From contig NMRA01000162.1 in assembly GCA_002633005.1 (NCBI GenBank), positions 427,632-491,631 of the forward strand: a stretch of 64,000 nucleotides of DNA. Direction: 5' to 3'. Below the pieces are notes generated by a model. It searched no databases. It saw only the letters and a program-made list of their open reading frames with translations, and had not been told where the DNA came from. How positions within the stretch are numbered: the first letter of the stretch is position 1; each line of letters begins with the position of its first letter. This document shows, one piece after another, positions 24,290 to 36,790 of this stretch. The stretch comes from Phoronis australis. Taxonomy: Eukaryota; Animalia; Phoronida. The position numbers and the translations under genes are program-made.

Positions 24290-25375
24290 AAATTTATTAC
24301 CAGGACGGTTTTGCATAAACTGCAATTAACAGTGGAATACAATATAAAAGAAAACAAACACAAACACATTTACTCTCACATTCACACATTCCAGCTCTGC
24401 TTGAATTTACACTGAATGTATAAGGGTTTCAAAAAATCCCAGCAAGTCAGGGGGCAATTCTCTAGATTTCATACTTCTCCACGTCTTGACAGAGTCAAAT
24501 AAAATTGGGTGAAATCTCCGAAGTACAGAATACATGAAGACTTCGAACAAGTATGTATAAGGTACTGAGCTAACGTTAATACGTGATTAATTTCTTAGCC
24601 ATGATCTCCAAAGTATGCAAATAGGAGGACACAATTTTCAGCCAGTAGGCCTAACAGGTTATCACCAACGACGTTTGAAATCCAAGTTTGTAATTTATTC
24701 CAAAAAGAAAGTACATAATTACATTCCAAAAAACAAGTGATTCAAAGTTTCTACCACCCCGCAAAATGGGCATTTGTCGTTTTGGACTATTTTCATTTTC
24801 TTTAAAAAATATTTTGTGTGAACTTTTTTATGAATGTGATAATACTTAAAAACTTTCAAATGAGGTTGGAGCAACAGCTTAAAAGACATAACATAAACCA
24901 AAATTTGAATAAAAACATCCAAACAAAGTAACAACACATTTACGCTCACGGTGATGTCAATACGTTTTCAAGGACAACATGGCTGGCATTCAGGAATCGT
25001 TCCTGAAGTGACACACAGGAACTCAGGACGGGAATAGTCGATGATTTTCCGATCTCGGCCGAGGCACAAAATTGTGCTAAAATGCTTTTAGTTTGATAAC
25101 AGAAAGCCTGTGAACATTATGCTATGTTACATAATACTTAATTTGGTAAATATTTTAAAGTTTTTGAACTAGAATGCCCTTTGAGATAAGGAATTAAAGA
25201 CCCCTGTACTCTGCAAAGGTTGCATTTCTTAATCCACAGACTGAATTCCAGTATGAGAGGTTGAATATTATAACTGTTACAGAGTTCTTCGTATGACATA
25301 AAAGAACCTTCAGCATTACACAAACCACACACACGATAGACTCCCCATTCATACCAAATCTTTAAATTATACCAC
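24290..25375 (-). mobile_element. Decayed 3' fragment of an L1/Tx1-clade LINE
   Basis: Minus-strand pieces WYEWGVYRVCGLCNAEGSFMSYEELCNSYNI, FKYYHIHKKVHTKYFLKKMKIVQNDKCPFCGVVETLNHLFF (zf-RVT CCH) and INHVLTLAQYLIHTC. AATAAA on the minus strand at ~24293-24298. Confidence 0.8.
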
Positions 25376-26576
25376 AGGGGAGAGACTAAATACTATTTTT
25401 ATTTTTGTCACACATTTGAAACAGGAGTTCAACATCGCTTAAAACTTCCTTCCGGTTTCTGGACAAGTTACATGTAGTCTGGAACACATTTCTCCTTAAA
25501 GTAGGCACAGAGCTGTCGCAACTGTTCAAAGCTGACTTGTGTCTGAAGGTAAAGACATGCTAATGAAGGGCTGACAGCCCACTACTCCAAAGGTTCATCA
25601 CTCCGAAAAGGTACTCAGAAGTAATTTTATATTTCTGTTTGTAAATCTACATGATACTTATTAGACTCACTGCTGTACCTATACCGAAAACAACACCGGG
25701 TGCTAATTATTCATTTGCTTTGGATTTCCTGTGCTTGAGCTCCAAAACATTGTTTAGATCTACGGAAAGATTAGTACGTAATTGCTTGTTTAAACGGATA
25801 TGAAGTAGGAATATTGGTGAATTATCCATACGTAGTACATTCCCCAAATGAAAGTCAAGATCGCGTCCGCTGCGCCTCAACCTCACATTCCGCACTGGAA
25901 CTACGTGCACGGCAGGATCGACACTAAATGAGGCCAACCTGTCTCTGCCAAGATAGAGAATCCCTTCCAGTCTCCTCATATTAAAGCTTCCATTTGTTTG
26001 TCACAGCTCTGAAATAAATATTCTCGTGCCCCAGATATTGTCCCTCGAAATTGAGTCGAAATTTTAAATACAAGAATCACGATTGGAACTTAGCTCATTT
26101 TTACAGAAAAACAATCTATATCTTGCACAAACTTTAAATGTACATTGTATGGTAACTAAATGAACACAAATGCAATACTTTGAGCATGTCAGTTTCGCCT
26201 CAGATCTGTCGGAGTTGTGAACATGGTTTCGGATTAACATTCGGAATCGGGAACTTTCGGAGTAGTCAAATGTAACTGCGATTAATCCGTGACAACTACG
26301 CGGGGTTGGAAAAATATGAAATTAAATTACAACAAAAGATACGCAAATTCGTTGCACAAATGTCCGCGGATGTCATTTGACGGTCATGCGGCATTTGTTC
26401 TCCGACGTGAATCAATCCTGGTGATTTTGGTCCATAAACTGAGAGGGAATAACAAATCCTATGTAGTTCATGGGGTGCAATGCGAAGACACTCTTTGCAC
26501 GGAATCTTATTTCTATGATACCAACCAAACAGTCTCTAAAATGCGTACGTGTCTCAACATCGTCGTCCTAGTTACA

Positions 26577-29500
26577 TAGTCAGGTTCCAATTTGGCAAGA
26601 AATGAATTTGGAGGGCATTTGGGTAATGCAGTTCTGATGATTGATTTTTTACTAATTTTGGGGTGCTGAATCAAATAAAGTGTATGCCGGAGTGTATTAT
26701 GCCGGCATAACCCACAAATCCAAGATGGCCGCCATCGGCCATATTGAAATTGGCAAGCTCCAATAAATGCGTTTTAAAATGAGTATGGTATATCAAACTA
26801 AAGGTTTTCAGGTATGATGAAATCGATTCTGATACAATTTTTGTGGTTGGAGGTCAAGGCCACGCGAAAAGGTCAAGGTCAAGGTCACATCATGCCGCAC
26901 ATGTTCCTTGGAAATACAGAAGGCTCAAATATTTCAGGGCATCTTTACGTATAAATTAAGGCTACTTTTGGAATTTTTCAAGTACGTAATTGTATAGCAA
27001 AATCAATTCTACTTACGTAATCGACAAGTCTAAGATAGCCGCCAGCTGCCACCGGGGAATAGTAATTTCTAAGGAGGTATTCTAAGTTCTCGAGCGATAT
27101 GTCAATGAATTAGGTTCTAATGCACTTGAAGCTCATTTCAAGCACCATTTTTGTGATTGGATGTCAAGATTATGCCCAAAGGTTGAAGTTCTCAAATGTG
27201 TGATGACTTGAACACACGAAATTGTCAGTTGCAATGGATTAGCAGCAAACAAGCCACTTCTATTTCAGTTTCATTTTTCGCAGCTACACGAAGATCATTT
27301 GCTACAATAACATGTTTTTATAAAGATTATAGCAAGTCAAAGAGAATATTTTTCGTGAAAGTTTTCTTAGAACATTAAATAATAAAGAAAGCATGACAAA
27401 TGTGGGTCCTCATGGAGCGATCTGGCTTTCTAAGTGAAAGTGCCAAGGTCGAACTCTTCTTGATTCATTACCAGTATAATGAGATTCGCTTACAAGGTAA
27501 TTGCATCTCACAAAAGAAAACAACAAAAGCCTCGGGTGTTACAGTAACTACAACTCGATCTTTTCTCAATCACCGGCATCTGGCAAGACTGATAGTCCAT
27601 ACACTCTCACGCATCAGTGCACCGGAGTCCAACTTGCCGACAACCACAGTGCAGGGTGGAACGGCCCTTGGTACACCTACATGTTGCTTGTTCTATGCAG
27701 GATTCTGGAATTGGTGGCAGAGTCATCAACAAAGGTATTGTGTGCTTTCCTACAACTTTCCAACCAGAATGAGCGATGTTTGGGAGTTCCTGAGTGCTCT
27801 TATCTACATGTCTCCAAACAGCTGCCTGATACATACCTCGTTCTATGTCCCACTGGACAGCGTCAGGCTATGGCGGCAAAGACCAATGGGAGACACGTTT
27901 GCCAAATTAGGCCACACGAGTTTTATCGCAGACAGATTGATTGCGCACTCCGTAAATATGGCACACAAATTCTTCAGCTTGAAATGCCGCCTGTGGTGTA
28001 AGGATTTTCCTCCCGAGGTCGTCTAACAAAGCACGGTGTTCCATAAACGCCTTCCAACCCTTTATTGCATGAAACACTGGTAGGCGTGCAACCAAGGAAG
28101 TTGACATTTTGTGGTAAATCTCATGAACTGGTATGTAAGCTGGTTTCTTCGCAGTGCTGATTTCATCCAAAGCTGTGAAAGTATTTTGCAACACGAGTTA
28201 ATGCCAGTACCACTGTCTCTTGCATCCACTGATGGAGTTTGCATCAGGCAAACAAAACTGCACTAATTGAATTGCTCATAGATAGCACTGACACGCTGTC
28301 CATGATACATCTGAGAAGAGCAGAGGCGCTAGTCATCGATGGACAAGCCATTGTTAGATCCATCAAGCAGCCGAATGAAGCCGTGACATTTGGAGACTAT
28401 GCAAAGTCCTTTGGGAAGACCATTCTGGCTATGGGAGTCGGTTCCAAACGGATAGAAATAGCATTTGATCGATATCGGCAACACTCAATAAAAGATGGAG
28501 CACCCAAAAAGAGAAGCAGGGGTATTCTTCCGATCAGACGTCAAATGAAAACTGGCAGAGTTTCGAGCTGCCAGAAAACAAACAAAACCAGTAAGAAGTC
28601 TTGTCTCAAAAGCTAGTGCTAGAGCGTCCTCCCGGAAAAACGACGACTGTGAGTGGGAGACGTCGCGACGAAAGGAAAGTGTTGTCTTCTGAACCACAAT
28701 TCGACATTTTGGCACTACAAGCAAACCATGAAGAAGCTGACACACGCGCTGCCTTACACTGCGTAAATATAGAAATTTACACCGTAGTCGTTTCCTCGCA
28801 TGACAGACGTGATTGTTCTCCTGGTGAACTACGAAGAAACCACATACCAGTTCATGAGATTTACTACAAAATGTCCAGTTCCATGGTTGCGAACCTACCA
28901 GCGTTTCATGCAATGACAGGTTAGCGGACACGGAAAAAGCAAGGCGTTTATGGAACACCATGCTCTCTTGGAAGAACTTGGGAGGAAAATCCTTACCACA
29001 GGCGTCATCTCAAGCTGAAGAGTTTGTGTGCCAAATTTATGCTGTGCGCAATCAAGCTGACTGCGATAAAGCTTGAGTGGCACAGGTGTTTCCAATGAGT
29101 CTTTTCCACCGTCGTCTGACGCTGTCCATTGGCACATACAACGTGTTAACCACCCCGCAGCTGTTTGGAGAAAGGTAAACAAGAGCACTCAGGAACTACC
29201 AGATTTCGCTCAATCTTGTTGGATATTTGTAGACGTGCACACAATACCTTTGTTGGTGACGTTACCACCAATTCCAGAATCCTGCATAGAACTAACAACA
29301 TGTAGATGCACAAAGAGCTGTTCCAGCGTGCACTGTGGTTGTCGGCAAGTTGGACTCCGGTGCAATGGTGTGTGCGAGTATATGGACTCTCACGCACATT
29401 GCCAGAACGCAGGTGATTGAGAAATGATTGAGTTGTTGGTTACTAAAACACTCTAAGCTTTTGTTTTTGCGTTTTGTGAAATTCCATTACCTTCTAAGTT

Positions 29501-30398
29501 TATCTCATTATAATGGCAATGAATGAAGAATAGTTCGACCATGGCACTTTCACTCAGCAAGCAAGATCGCTCCATGAGAAACCACATTTGTCACGCTTTC
29601 TTTATTATTTAATGTTCCAAGAAGCCTTTTACGTAAAATACTCTATTGGACTTGCTACGATCTTTATAAGAAACATGTAATTGTAGCAAACGATGTTCAT
29701 GTAGTTGTAATAAAATGAAACTGAAATAGAAGTGGTTTGCTTGCTGGTAACTCCTTGCAACTGACATTTTCGTATGTTCAAGTCATCACACATTTGCAAA
29801 ATTCATCCTTTGAGCATAATCCTGACATCCATTACGAAAATAGTGCTTTAAATGAGCTTCTAGTGCATGAGAACCTAATATAATGACATGTCGCTTGAGA
29901 GCTAAGAATACTTCCCTTGGCATTACAATTCCACGACTGCTGTTAGCGCTCATTTTATATTCATCAATGATGTAAGCAAAATTCATTTTGCAATACAATG
30001 TTATGCCTGAAACACTTCAAAACTGGTCTAAATTTATGTGTTAAAATCCTCCAAAATATTTGAACTCATTGTATTTCCAATGGAACATGTGCAGCATAAT
30101 ATGACCTTGACCTTTTTGCGTCACCTTGACCTCCAATCACAAAAATACCTCAAAACTTATAGTTTGATGTATCATGCTCATTTTAAAAAGGCATTTATTG
30201 GAACTTGCCAATTTCAATATGGCCGATGGCGACCATCTTGGATTTGAGGGTTAAGCCTGAAAAATCCAGCCCCGCATACATTTTTTTGGATTCAAACCCC
30301 CCAAATCAGTTTAAATCAATCGCCGGATCTGCATTACCCCCAAATCTTTTCGACAACATTTTCTGAGTCCTTATCTTTTGAAAATTGGAACCCGACTA
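26577..30398. mobile_element. Academ family B foldback element made of two inverted 3' halves
   Basis: Termini tagtcaggttccaattt / aaattggaacccgacta (16/17) with perfect TACA on both flanks (26573-26576, 30399-30402). Plus strand 28180-29420 encodes QHELMPVPLSLA, VIDGQAIV, IAFDRY, NHEEADTR, LPAFHAMTG and Cys8 CRCTKSCSSVHCGCRQVGLRCNGVC. 26577-28160 is an inverted copy of 28830-30398. Confidence 0.88.
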
Positions 30399-31241
30399 TA
30401 CAGGGATTCATAGGATTCTGGAATCTTTAGCCACTCGGGTGCACGTGACATGATTTTGATACGAGAGGACTGGCTTAGGAGAGGTGTGAAGAAAATTTTG
30501 CGGAATCAGATAAAAGAGCTGTGATTGAATAGACATTTGGTTTCTGGTTTCAAGAGTACCACACACAGCACAGATCACGAAATTTTGTCCCACCGGTCGG
30601 CAACGCGTCGACGACCGGTCGTCGACAAGTCGGCAAAATAACCAACCGGTCAGTAAATTTTTAGCCGACCAGCAGTCGACCGCACTGCCAGCTGATAAAG
30701 CGACCTGCCTGCCTACTCTTACTGCTGACATTGATTGCCGACTGGCCATCAGATGATTAAATTTTATGTTGATCAGCTGCTATTTTTAGACTAGAATTTC
30801 AGTTGCGTAATAGGATATCAGGCTATTGTCACATTTGCGTGCCGAAGGAGAAGCATCTCCGCACAGGGTGAAATAAAATAACGGAATAGAACGTGAAGGA
30901 CGGGTTAAAATGCATTATTAAAAGTGGTTCTCTGCCACTGAAAGAAAAACCAAACTGTTCATCAGGTATTTTACGATTTGTTCGTAACGACTTTGAATTT
31001 CTGCTAATGTCAAAGTATTTTCCTTTAGTTTAAAATTTCAAAAAAGCGTTCTGTCAACGTAACAACTGCAACAAAACTGTTAATTCCTTGGCACTTCTGC
31101 AACTCAGGCGACGATTCTTCGGTAGCTCCAATGAATGTCAATGTTTTACCTCCGAAACCTGTCGGTACAGTTTAGAAAAGTTGTTGTCGTAATTCAAACT
31201 TTACTTGTGTTCTTCAGGGGACTAGGTTCGTCATTGGTCTC

Positions 31242-33595
31242 TACGTCTAGACGCATTTCCAGAAAAGAGCCCTGTCTAAGGTTCTAGAAGCATTTTTCAG
31301 TAAAAGTTGGGAACAAGACTTTTTCACACAATCAAGGTATGGCGAATTCAACTAGCCGAATTTTGCGTTTTTGACCATCTAATTAGCATAAACAAAATGG
31401 CCGCCAAATTGTCAAATGCAGATGTATTTTTTCAGTAGATATCACAAAATACCATTTAAAATGGTGAAATGTCTCACCTGTACACTTCTTATAATTACTT
31501 CTTGATCAATACGTCACTTATGAAAACTAAAAAATGCAGCTCTAAAAATAGTTATGCAAATTAGGTGCTGCCATTACCGTATAATGTAATTTTCGTCTTA
31601 GCTTTGTGCTCCTGCAGGCTACCTTGAAAAATGAGGTATTTATACTTATACTGTCATGGTCAACAAACATGCTAATGACATTTTTGAAGCAATTTATTTC
31701 ATATTTATTGGGTTATAAATATGTAGTTACAGTACGTGGAAATATAGTCGTCAGTCTGCAATGCTTGTTAAGCAAGGTGTCACTATTTTGACAGAATAAG
31801 GACAAATGTTCAAACTATCCGTTATCTTCCATTCAAAAAATCATAGTTATTGTTATTGAAGACATCATTAGATTGTCAGTTGTGTGAATTGTTTTTAGGC
31901 CTGTTGAACGCAGTTTTAGCATTCACTTTTTGGTACTTTTTAACATTCCTGAACCCAGGCATATCAAACTGTTTGCATACAAGGAATCTGATCATGAATG
32001 TGCTGCTTGCATGTGCATAATGATATGTATCGAAATCCAGATTTCTTGCATTTGCATTGTCTAATGTTGTTTTACATGCTCACAATACCATCTCTAGGCA
32101 GCTGTCTGGGATAAAACTCTGTGTCAACAGTATGGGTTGCAAGCATAAGTTTGTGTGTGCATGTCCCTCCCATATGAGAGGGTGCTGGGAGCTCAGGTAT
32201 GGAACAATGAGCATTTCGCCATACCTTGACATGATAGCGCACTCTCATCAAATGGAAACGGAGGGTATTATGCGTTGGGGGAAGGACCACTGGGTTCACG
32301 GGCTTGAAAGATAGTAAATGGCGTGCTACATCTACAGGTCTGATCTGGTCGTGTTGTATATACTACAGACAAATGCTTCTGAAGCCATCGTAATTTTTTC
32401 AGTGAGTTCACCAGTTCAGAGATTCCTTAGCAATCTGTGATGCTCTAGGAACACCTTCCATGATGATTGCTTCATGTGATTGGCAAAGTACGAGTTGGTG
32501 CCAAAACCCGGTCACGGCATGAAAGCAAACAAGGATGTTGCTAAGTCTCTTAGTAGTTTATTGAAAACTGCTTCAATAGGTATATATCGACGTTTCTTAG
32601 ATGTGCCTGACATCACCCAGAGTTGTTCACATTGCATTTGTTGTAAGTGGGATACCAGAAGCAGTAGAACATCGGTATCTCTGGAAAACACGGCTGGATG
32701 TGAAAAGTAGGCAGTACCAATCTTGCATCTGCTTCTTCATGTGTGGATATCAGAATCTTCAAGTCAGTCATATCCTTTGAAAATTTAAGTGACTTCCAGC
32801 TCATCTCTGAACCCTTCTGCAACTACAAGCTCTTTATCTTCGGGCGTCTACAAAACACAGTTCCTCTGACAAGAAATGTGCTAGGTCTGCTCTATTCTCA
32901 GCCAGTGCCCAAAATTTGACCAGCTTTGAGGAAGAGGTACATCACGGCCTTCCAAAAAGTACCTGATTTATTGTGTTCCTTTACTGCGCTGCTTTGTTGT
33001 GTCCTTCATTGTTTCTTCTCTGTCAAATACAATTTCAATTTTATGATATTGAAATCCTGTGTTTGGCACTGTTTTTATGAATGAATCAGCCAGGTTTTCG
33101 AAGGTCACATCACCATCAGGCTTCCCAAGAGCTACCAGCAATGCTTGGCCATCAATAATTAGGCTTCATCAATGAGCATTTGTAACTTTGTGAAAATGAA
33201 ATAAAAAGCTTCACATTTGTAATAATGATTTTTCTAGACCTTCAAAATATAGGTATAGACACCTTTTTGCAATGTTTGGCTTCAAATTGATAAAGTTACA
33301 CCGATATTTGAATTTCTTGGTAATGGCAGAAGCTAATTAGCATAATTGGGGAACTTAATGACTTTCATTAAAATGTTCTCAAAATTAAGTGATCTAAGCA
33401 CACAATGTTTTTGTAGCAAAAATTTCCTAAATTATTCGTCACATATTGTACTCCTGATTTCAAAAGCTCAAAATCCAGCTTGGGAACAGGCATAATCGAA
33501 ATCAGCACACAATAATTATGCTAAAAGATGGGTTCTCTACTTTTACTAAAAAAATGCCTCTAACATGCACATTTCCCAGAAATGGGTCTAGGCTA
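31242..33595 (-). mobile_element. Academ family A, internally deleted copy in reverse orientation
   Basis: Ends ta(c)gtctagacgcatttccagaaaa and cccagaaatgggtctaggcta. The reverse complement aligns with 4294-4765 and 6310-8235. Encodes ISTHEEADARLVL and LPPTHNTLRFHLMRVRYHVKVW. No clean TSD. Confidence 0.85.
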
Positions 33596-33606
33596 TCAAG
33601 ACGCAT

Positions 33607-33886
33607 TGTAGTATATAAAATGATCACTTACTTATAGAGACGTGGTTGGTTGCTGGCAGACTTTTCGACCTGGTCTGCCAGGTCTTTGTCGATGAATGAG
33701 GAATTTCCCGCCTTTCGCTCGTTAAACCGGGACAGAGGACTCCAGTTACCTCCCGTGTACTCCAGCATTCTTAACCAGCCAAAGGCGGAAAAACCCCATT
33801 CATCGACAAAGACCTGGCGGACCAGGTCGAAACGTCTGCCAACAACCACTCACGTCTCTAAGTAAGTGACCACTTTATATACTACA
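33607..33886 (+). mobile_element. Penelope-like element 3' end with an inverted pseudo-LTR copy and a degenerate minimal hammerhead motif
   Basis: ~108-bp inverted arms (33607-33715 / 33781-33886) around LNRDRGLQLPPVYSSIL (C-terminus of a PLE GIY-YIG endonuclease). Each arm carries GACCTGG-loop-CCAGGTC-GAAA. Confidence 0.8.
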
Positions 33887-34475
33887 GTTGTGTTCTCTCG
33901 TCACAATTAAGCGAAACCCGTCCGAATTTGAGGATTTGCGTTGTTTTCCGCTTTTTTCCGGTGTTGTCAAATCGACGTAGTTCTCAAAAACAGCTCGGTG
34001 CATTTCACTGAAACTTTCCAATTTTAATATTTATTTACAATTCTCAAAAACTTTAGGATTTTGTTAAAATTTTTATTATTAGTTGTACTGTGTCATGTGC
34101 AAATGTGACCCCTGTATTTCTTTAGAAAAATGCCTGACATTTGCGAGCTAATTTGGCAGAAAACCAAATTAAATGAGCACTAAAAATTTCCTCACAGCGT
34201 ATTTTAAGAAATATCGGCAAGTTTTCATTCAAAGAAGGTTTCATTAAAATCGACTAAAGGGTATTTGTGCTATGAATGTGTGATAAAATGAACATTTTAT
34301 TTAAAAAGGGTAGTCACATTATAATCACAATAACACGTAAGTGTAAAGTGTATTTTTATAATACTTGATTTATCATTTTCAGAAAAGATATACTGTACCT
34401 TCACTGATTGACACCGCCTATTGTTTTTGTTTATTTACTTTGAATGAGCGTTACTCAGCAAGGTCCTACGAAAAC

Positions 34476-35528
34476 TCAAACGTGGAACCACAAGTCAAGC
34501 TGCACGTGCAAAATCTCAATCAGTTTGTCGTAGTATGCAGGTCTGAAATGAACTGGATCGTTCGCTATACGAAAATTCTGATAGACAAATGAAGTATTGC
34601 TCATCTGAAAATTGTCAAGATAAGCAACATTTAGAGACTTCATGACTTTCTTGGCCTCAGCATTATGCTGAACGATGATGTCATTCCGTGTTATGTTTTT
34701 ATATCGAGGTGGAACCGCACTTTCAAGTACACAGGCAGTGTTAATGAAGAGAATTTTAGCTTCTGGAAAGCTGTCTTTTAACATGCCCGCATACCAAATT
34801 AGATTTTCTCTGTAAGCACTTATATTAGAATATGCTATGTCATGCGCACCGTTGTTAAACACAATAACTGTTGGAGGTCCTGTTCGGTTTAAATAAAATA
34901 CAAGGTTTTCTTGCGTTGTTTCATACCTTTTGGATTGCACTATGACATCCCTGGCGAATTCCACTGATATATATTCTAAACTTAGATTTCCCGATTTCTT
35001 GCACATTCTTCTTTCCGAAGTACATCCATTGCAGTCGCTACAACGCGGATGTTCTCTGCCATGGGAAAGAGGTCCTTCTCTTCTGACATTGGGTGGTTGC
35101 CATTTTAATGAATTCTCAACCGTAAGATATTTGCCAAGTGAACACCGTCCACCGCCATAATTCAGTAAACGACCACCACAATGAAACTTCCCTCGTAGGG
35201 TGCCAAAAAGTCTGAAAGTGTTTGAATCACCCATCAGCACCATTCTTGACACGGGGTAATTTGTTACAGGAGTTTGCGGTTTGGGCAAAACACAGCTTTG
35301 AGGTATCCACAATGTTTTGTTGAGCGTCACCCATTGTCCGTTTAACGTCGCTTCTTCCACTGTCTTGCATGTGTCCGAAACTGCCGCTCGGTTGAAGTAA
35401 ACTGACGAATCCCTTCGAAACATTACCGGCTTTAGCTTAAAGTTGTGATCGAATTTGAAAGCAAAGTAAGACATTGTTAGCCAAAAAAGTACGCTGCAGG
35501 ACACAAAAATAGCCATGCGTTTTTCCAT
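34476..35528 (-). CDS. Type II membrane SGNH-fold hydrolase/acyltransferase (PC-esterase/GDSL-like), 350 aa
   Basis: Uninterrupted ORF with an N-terminal hydrophobic anchor (AIFVSCSVLFWLTMSYFAF), GQW...WIPQSC stem, LMGDSN block I, VIVFNNGAHD block III and C-terminal DPVH (DxxH). A splice acceptor ctatttcag lies ~32 nt upstream of the ATG (35561), implying a non-coding first exon. Confidence 0.85.
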   Translation of the reverse strand: MEKRMAIFVSCSVLFWLTMSYFAFKFDHNFKLKPVMFRRDSSVYFNRAAVSDTCKTVEEATLNGQWVTLNKTLWIPQSCVLPKPQTPVTNYPVSRMVLMGDSNTFRLFGTLRGKFHCGGRLLNYGGGRCSLGKYLTVENSLKWQPPNVRREGPLSHGREHPRCSDCNGCTSERRMCKKSGNLSLEYISVEFARDVIVQSKRYETTQENLVFYLNRTGPPTVIVFNNGAHDIAYSNISAYRENLIWYAGMLKDSFPEAKILFINTACVLESAVPPRYKNITRNDIIVQHNAEAKKVMKSLNVAYLDNFQMSNTSFVYQNFRIANDPVHFRPAYYDKLIEILHVQLDLWFHV

Positions 35529-36045
35529 ATTTATCCGTTGGCCCCAGGGATTTCAGCAGTCTGAAATAGTGTAATATACATGTAAGCTAGCATGTAACAG
35601 AGCATTGTTAGATCATAAACTGTCGTAAAGCCATACACTGTCACATACTCAAACAGCAACAGTTTTTGCAGGCCTTCCCAGCACAAATTGTCGTAATTTT
35701 GGTTTTGACAAGCTGTGGTTTCTTCAAGTTTTGCTCAGGTCGTCCTCGGACACGTGCAGAGGTAGCATGTTGACGCAACCTGTCACACACCTTGCCAACC
35801 TATGGGACTTTCAAAATACAATGCATCACACTCCGAACAGCCGCCCTGTCAGACCCGAATCGACTCCACAGCATCTTGCAGGGACAGTGTATAGACTACA
35901 TGTACATAGAAGAACACTAAACAGCATAATAAACTTTAGAACAACATCCGTTCATTGTATACCACTTTAAATGTATTTTAGGTACCATGGATTAATTCCA
36001 TTTAACTAAGAATCAAAGTAATACAATATAACTTGTGGGGGTTAA

Positions 36046-36790
36046 ACGAGAATGCCACCCGAAAACAACCTAGTTTGTATCAATTTAGATCCAGTAGTTC
36101 CACTCGATAACAGCTAGTACAGCTCTTTTACCTGACACCTGACGGCAGACGGAAGTGTCGAAATTAACCAGTGACGTCAGAGGTTCGAACGCCATCTATT
36201 CAGCAGCTCACAACACGCTTACTGGTGTCAGCTTACCGATTGAATTCATCGCTTTACACCAATAAGTTATAAAAATTCTTCGATGCAAAACTCCTACAAA
36301 TACATCGAGTTATTGAACAAACGTGTTATTTTATTTCGCTGTTACGGATTTTTAGGTATTTAAACGTACCGTAGCTTACAAAGCTCCGGGTAGGCCAATT
36401 TAACACAATGTCCGCGGTCGCGGTTGTTTGGGATCTGTTAGGTGATAAAATTGAATTATTCGACCGTGAATTACAGACAGGAGAACATAGCTATGTGTTG
36501 TAAATTTAGACTTGCAATTTTTGAGTTCTAAACACATGCTATCCCGGCCAATGGCTCGGAACTCGACCAGGTCCATCGCGACCGGACTGAAGACATCACG
36601 AACATAAACCAGCCAAAGTTGGAAACTAAACTTCCAGTCACGAAAATACTATATCAGTGAGCCAAAGAAAAATGTGCACGTGATTATTTTAATGAATTAG
36701 CCGCGAAACATAAAATCTACTTAATGGCTCGTCGGGGGCCTCGAAGTCCGGTTACCCTTCAACAGAACCGTCAGGGCAAAAGTTGTACAG
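36046..36790 (-). mobile_element. Truncated right half of the Kolobok-like element, inverted
   Basis: TTAA (36042-36045) followed by acgagaatgccacccgaaaacaacctagtttgtatcaatttagatc, the reverse complement of 63440-63493. Similarity continues to ~36790 (rc of ~62725). Confidence 0.75.

Noticed and set aside
25707-25979. 90-aa ORF preceded by a splice-acceptor-like ttatttcag
   Set aside because: No recognisable motif or partner exons; cannot be supported.
27400-28026. 208-aa and 166-aa plus-strand ORFs
   Set aside because: Antisense shadows of the inverted Academ C-terminal coding region.
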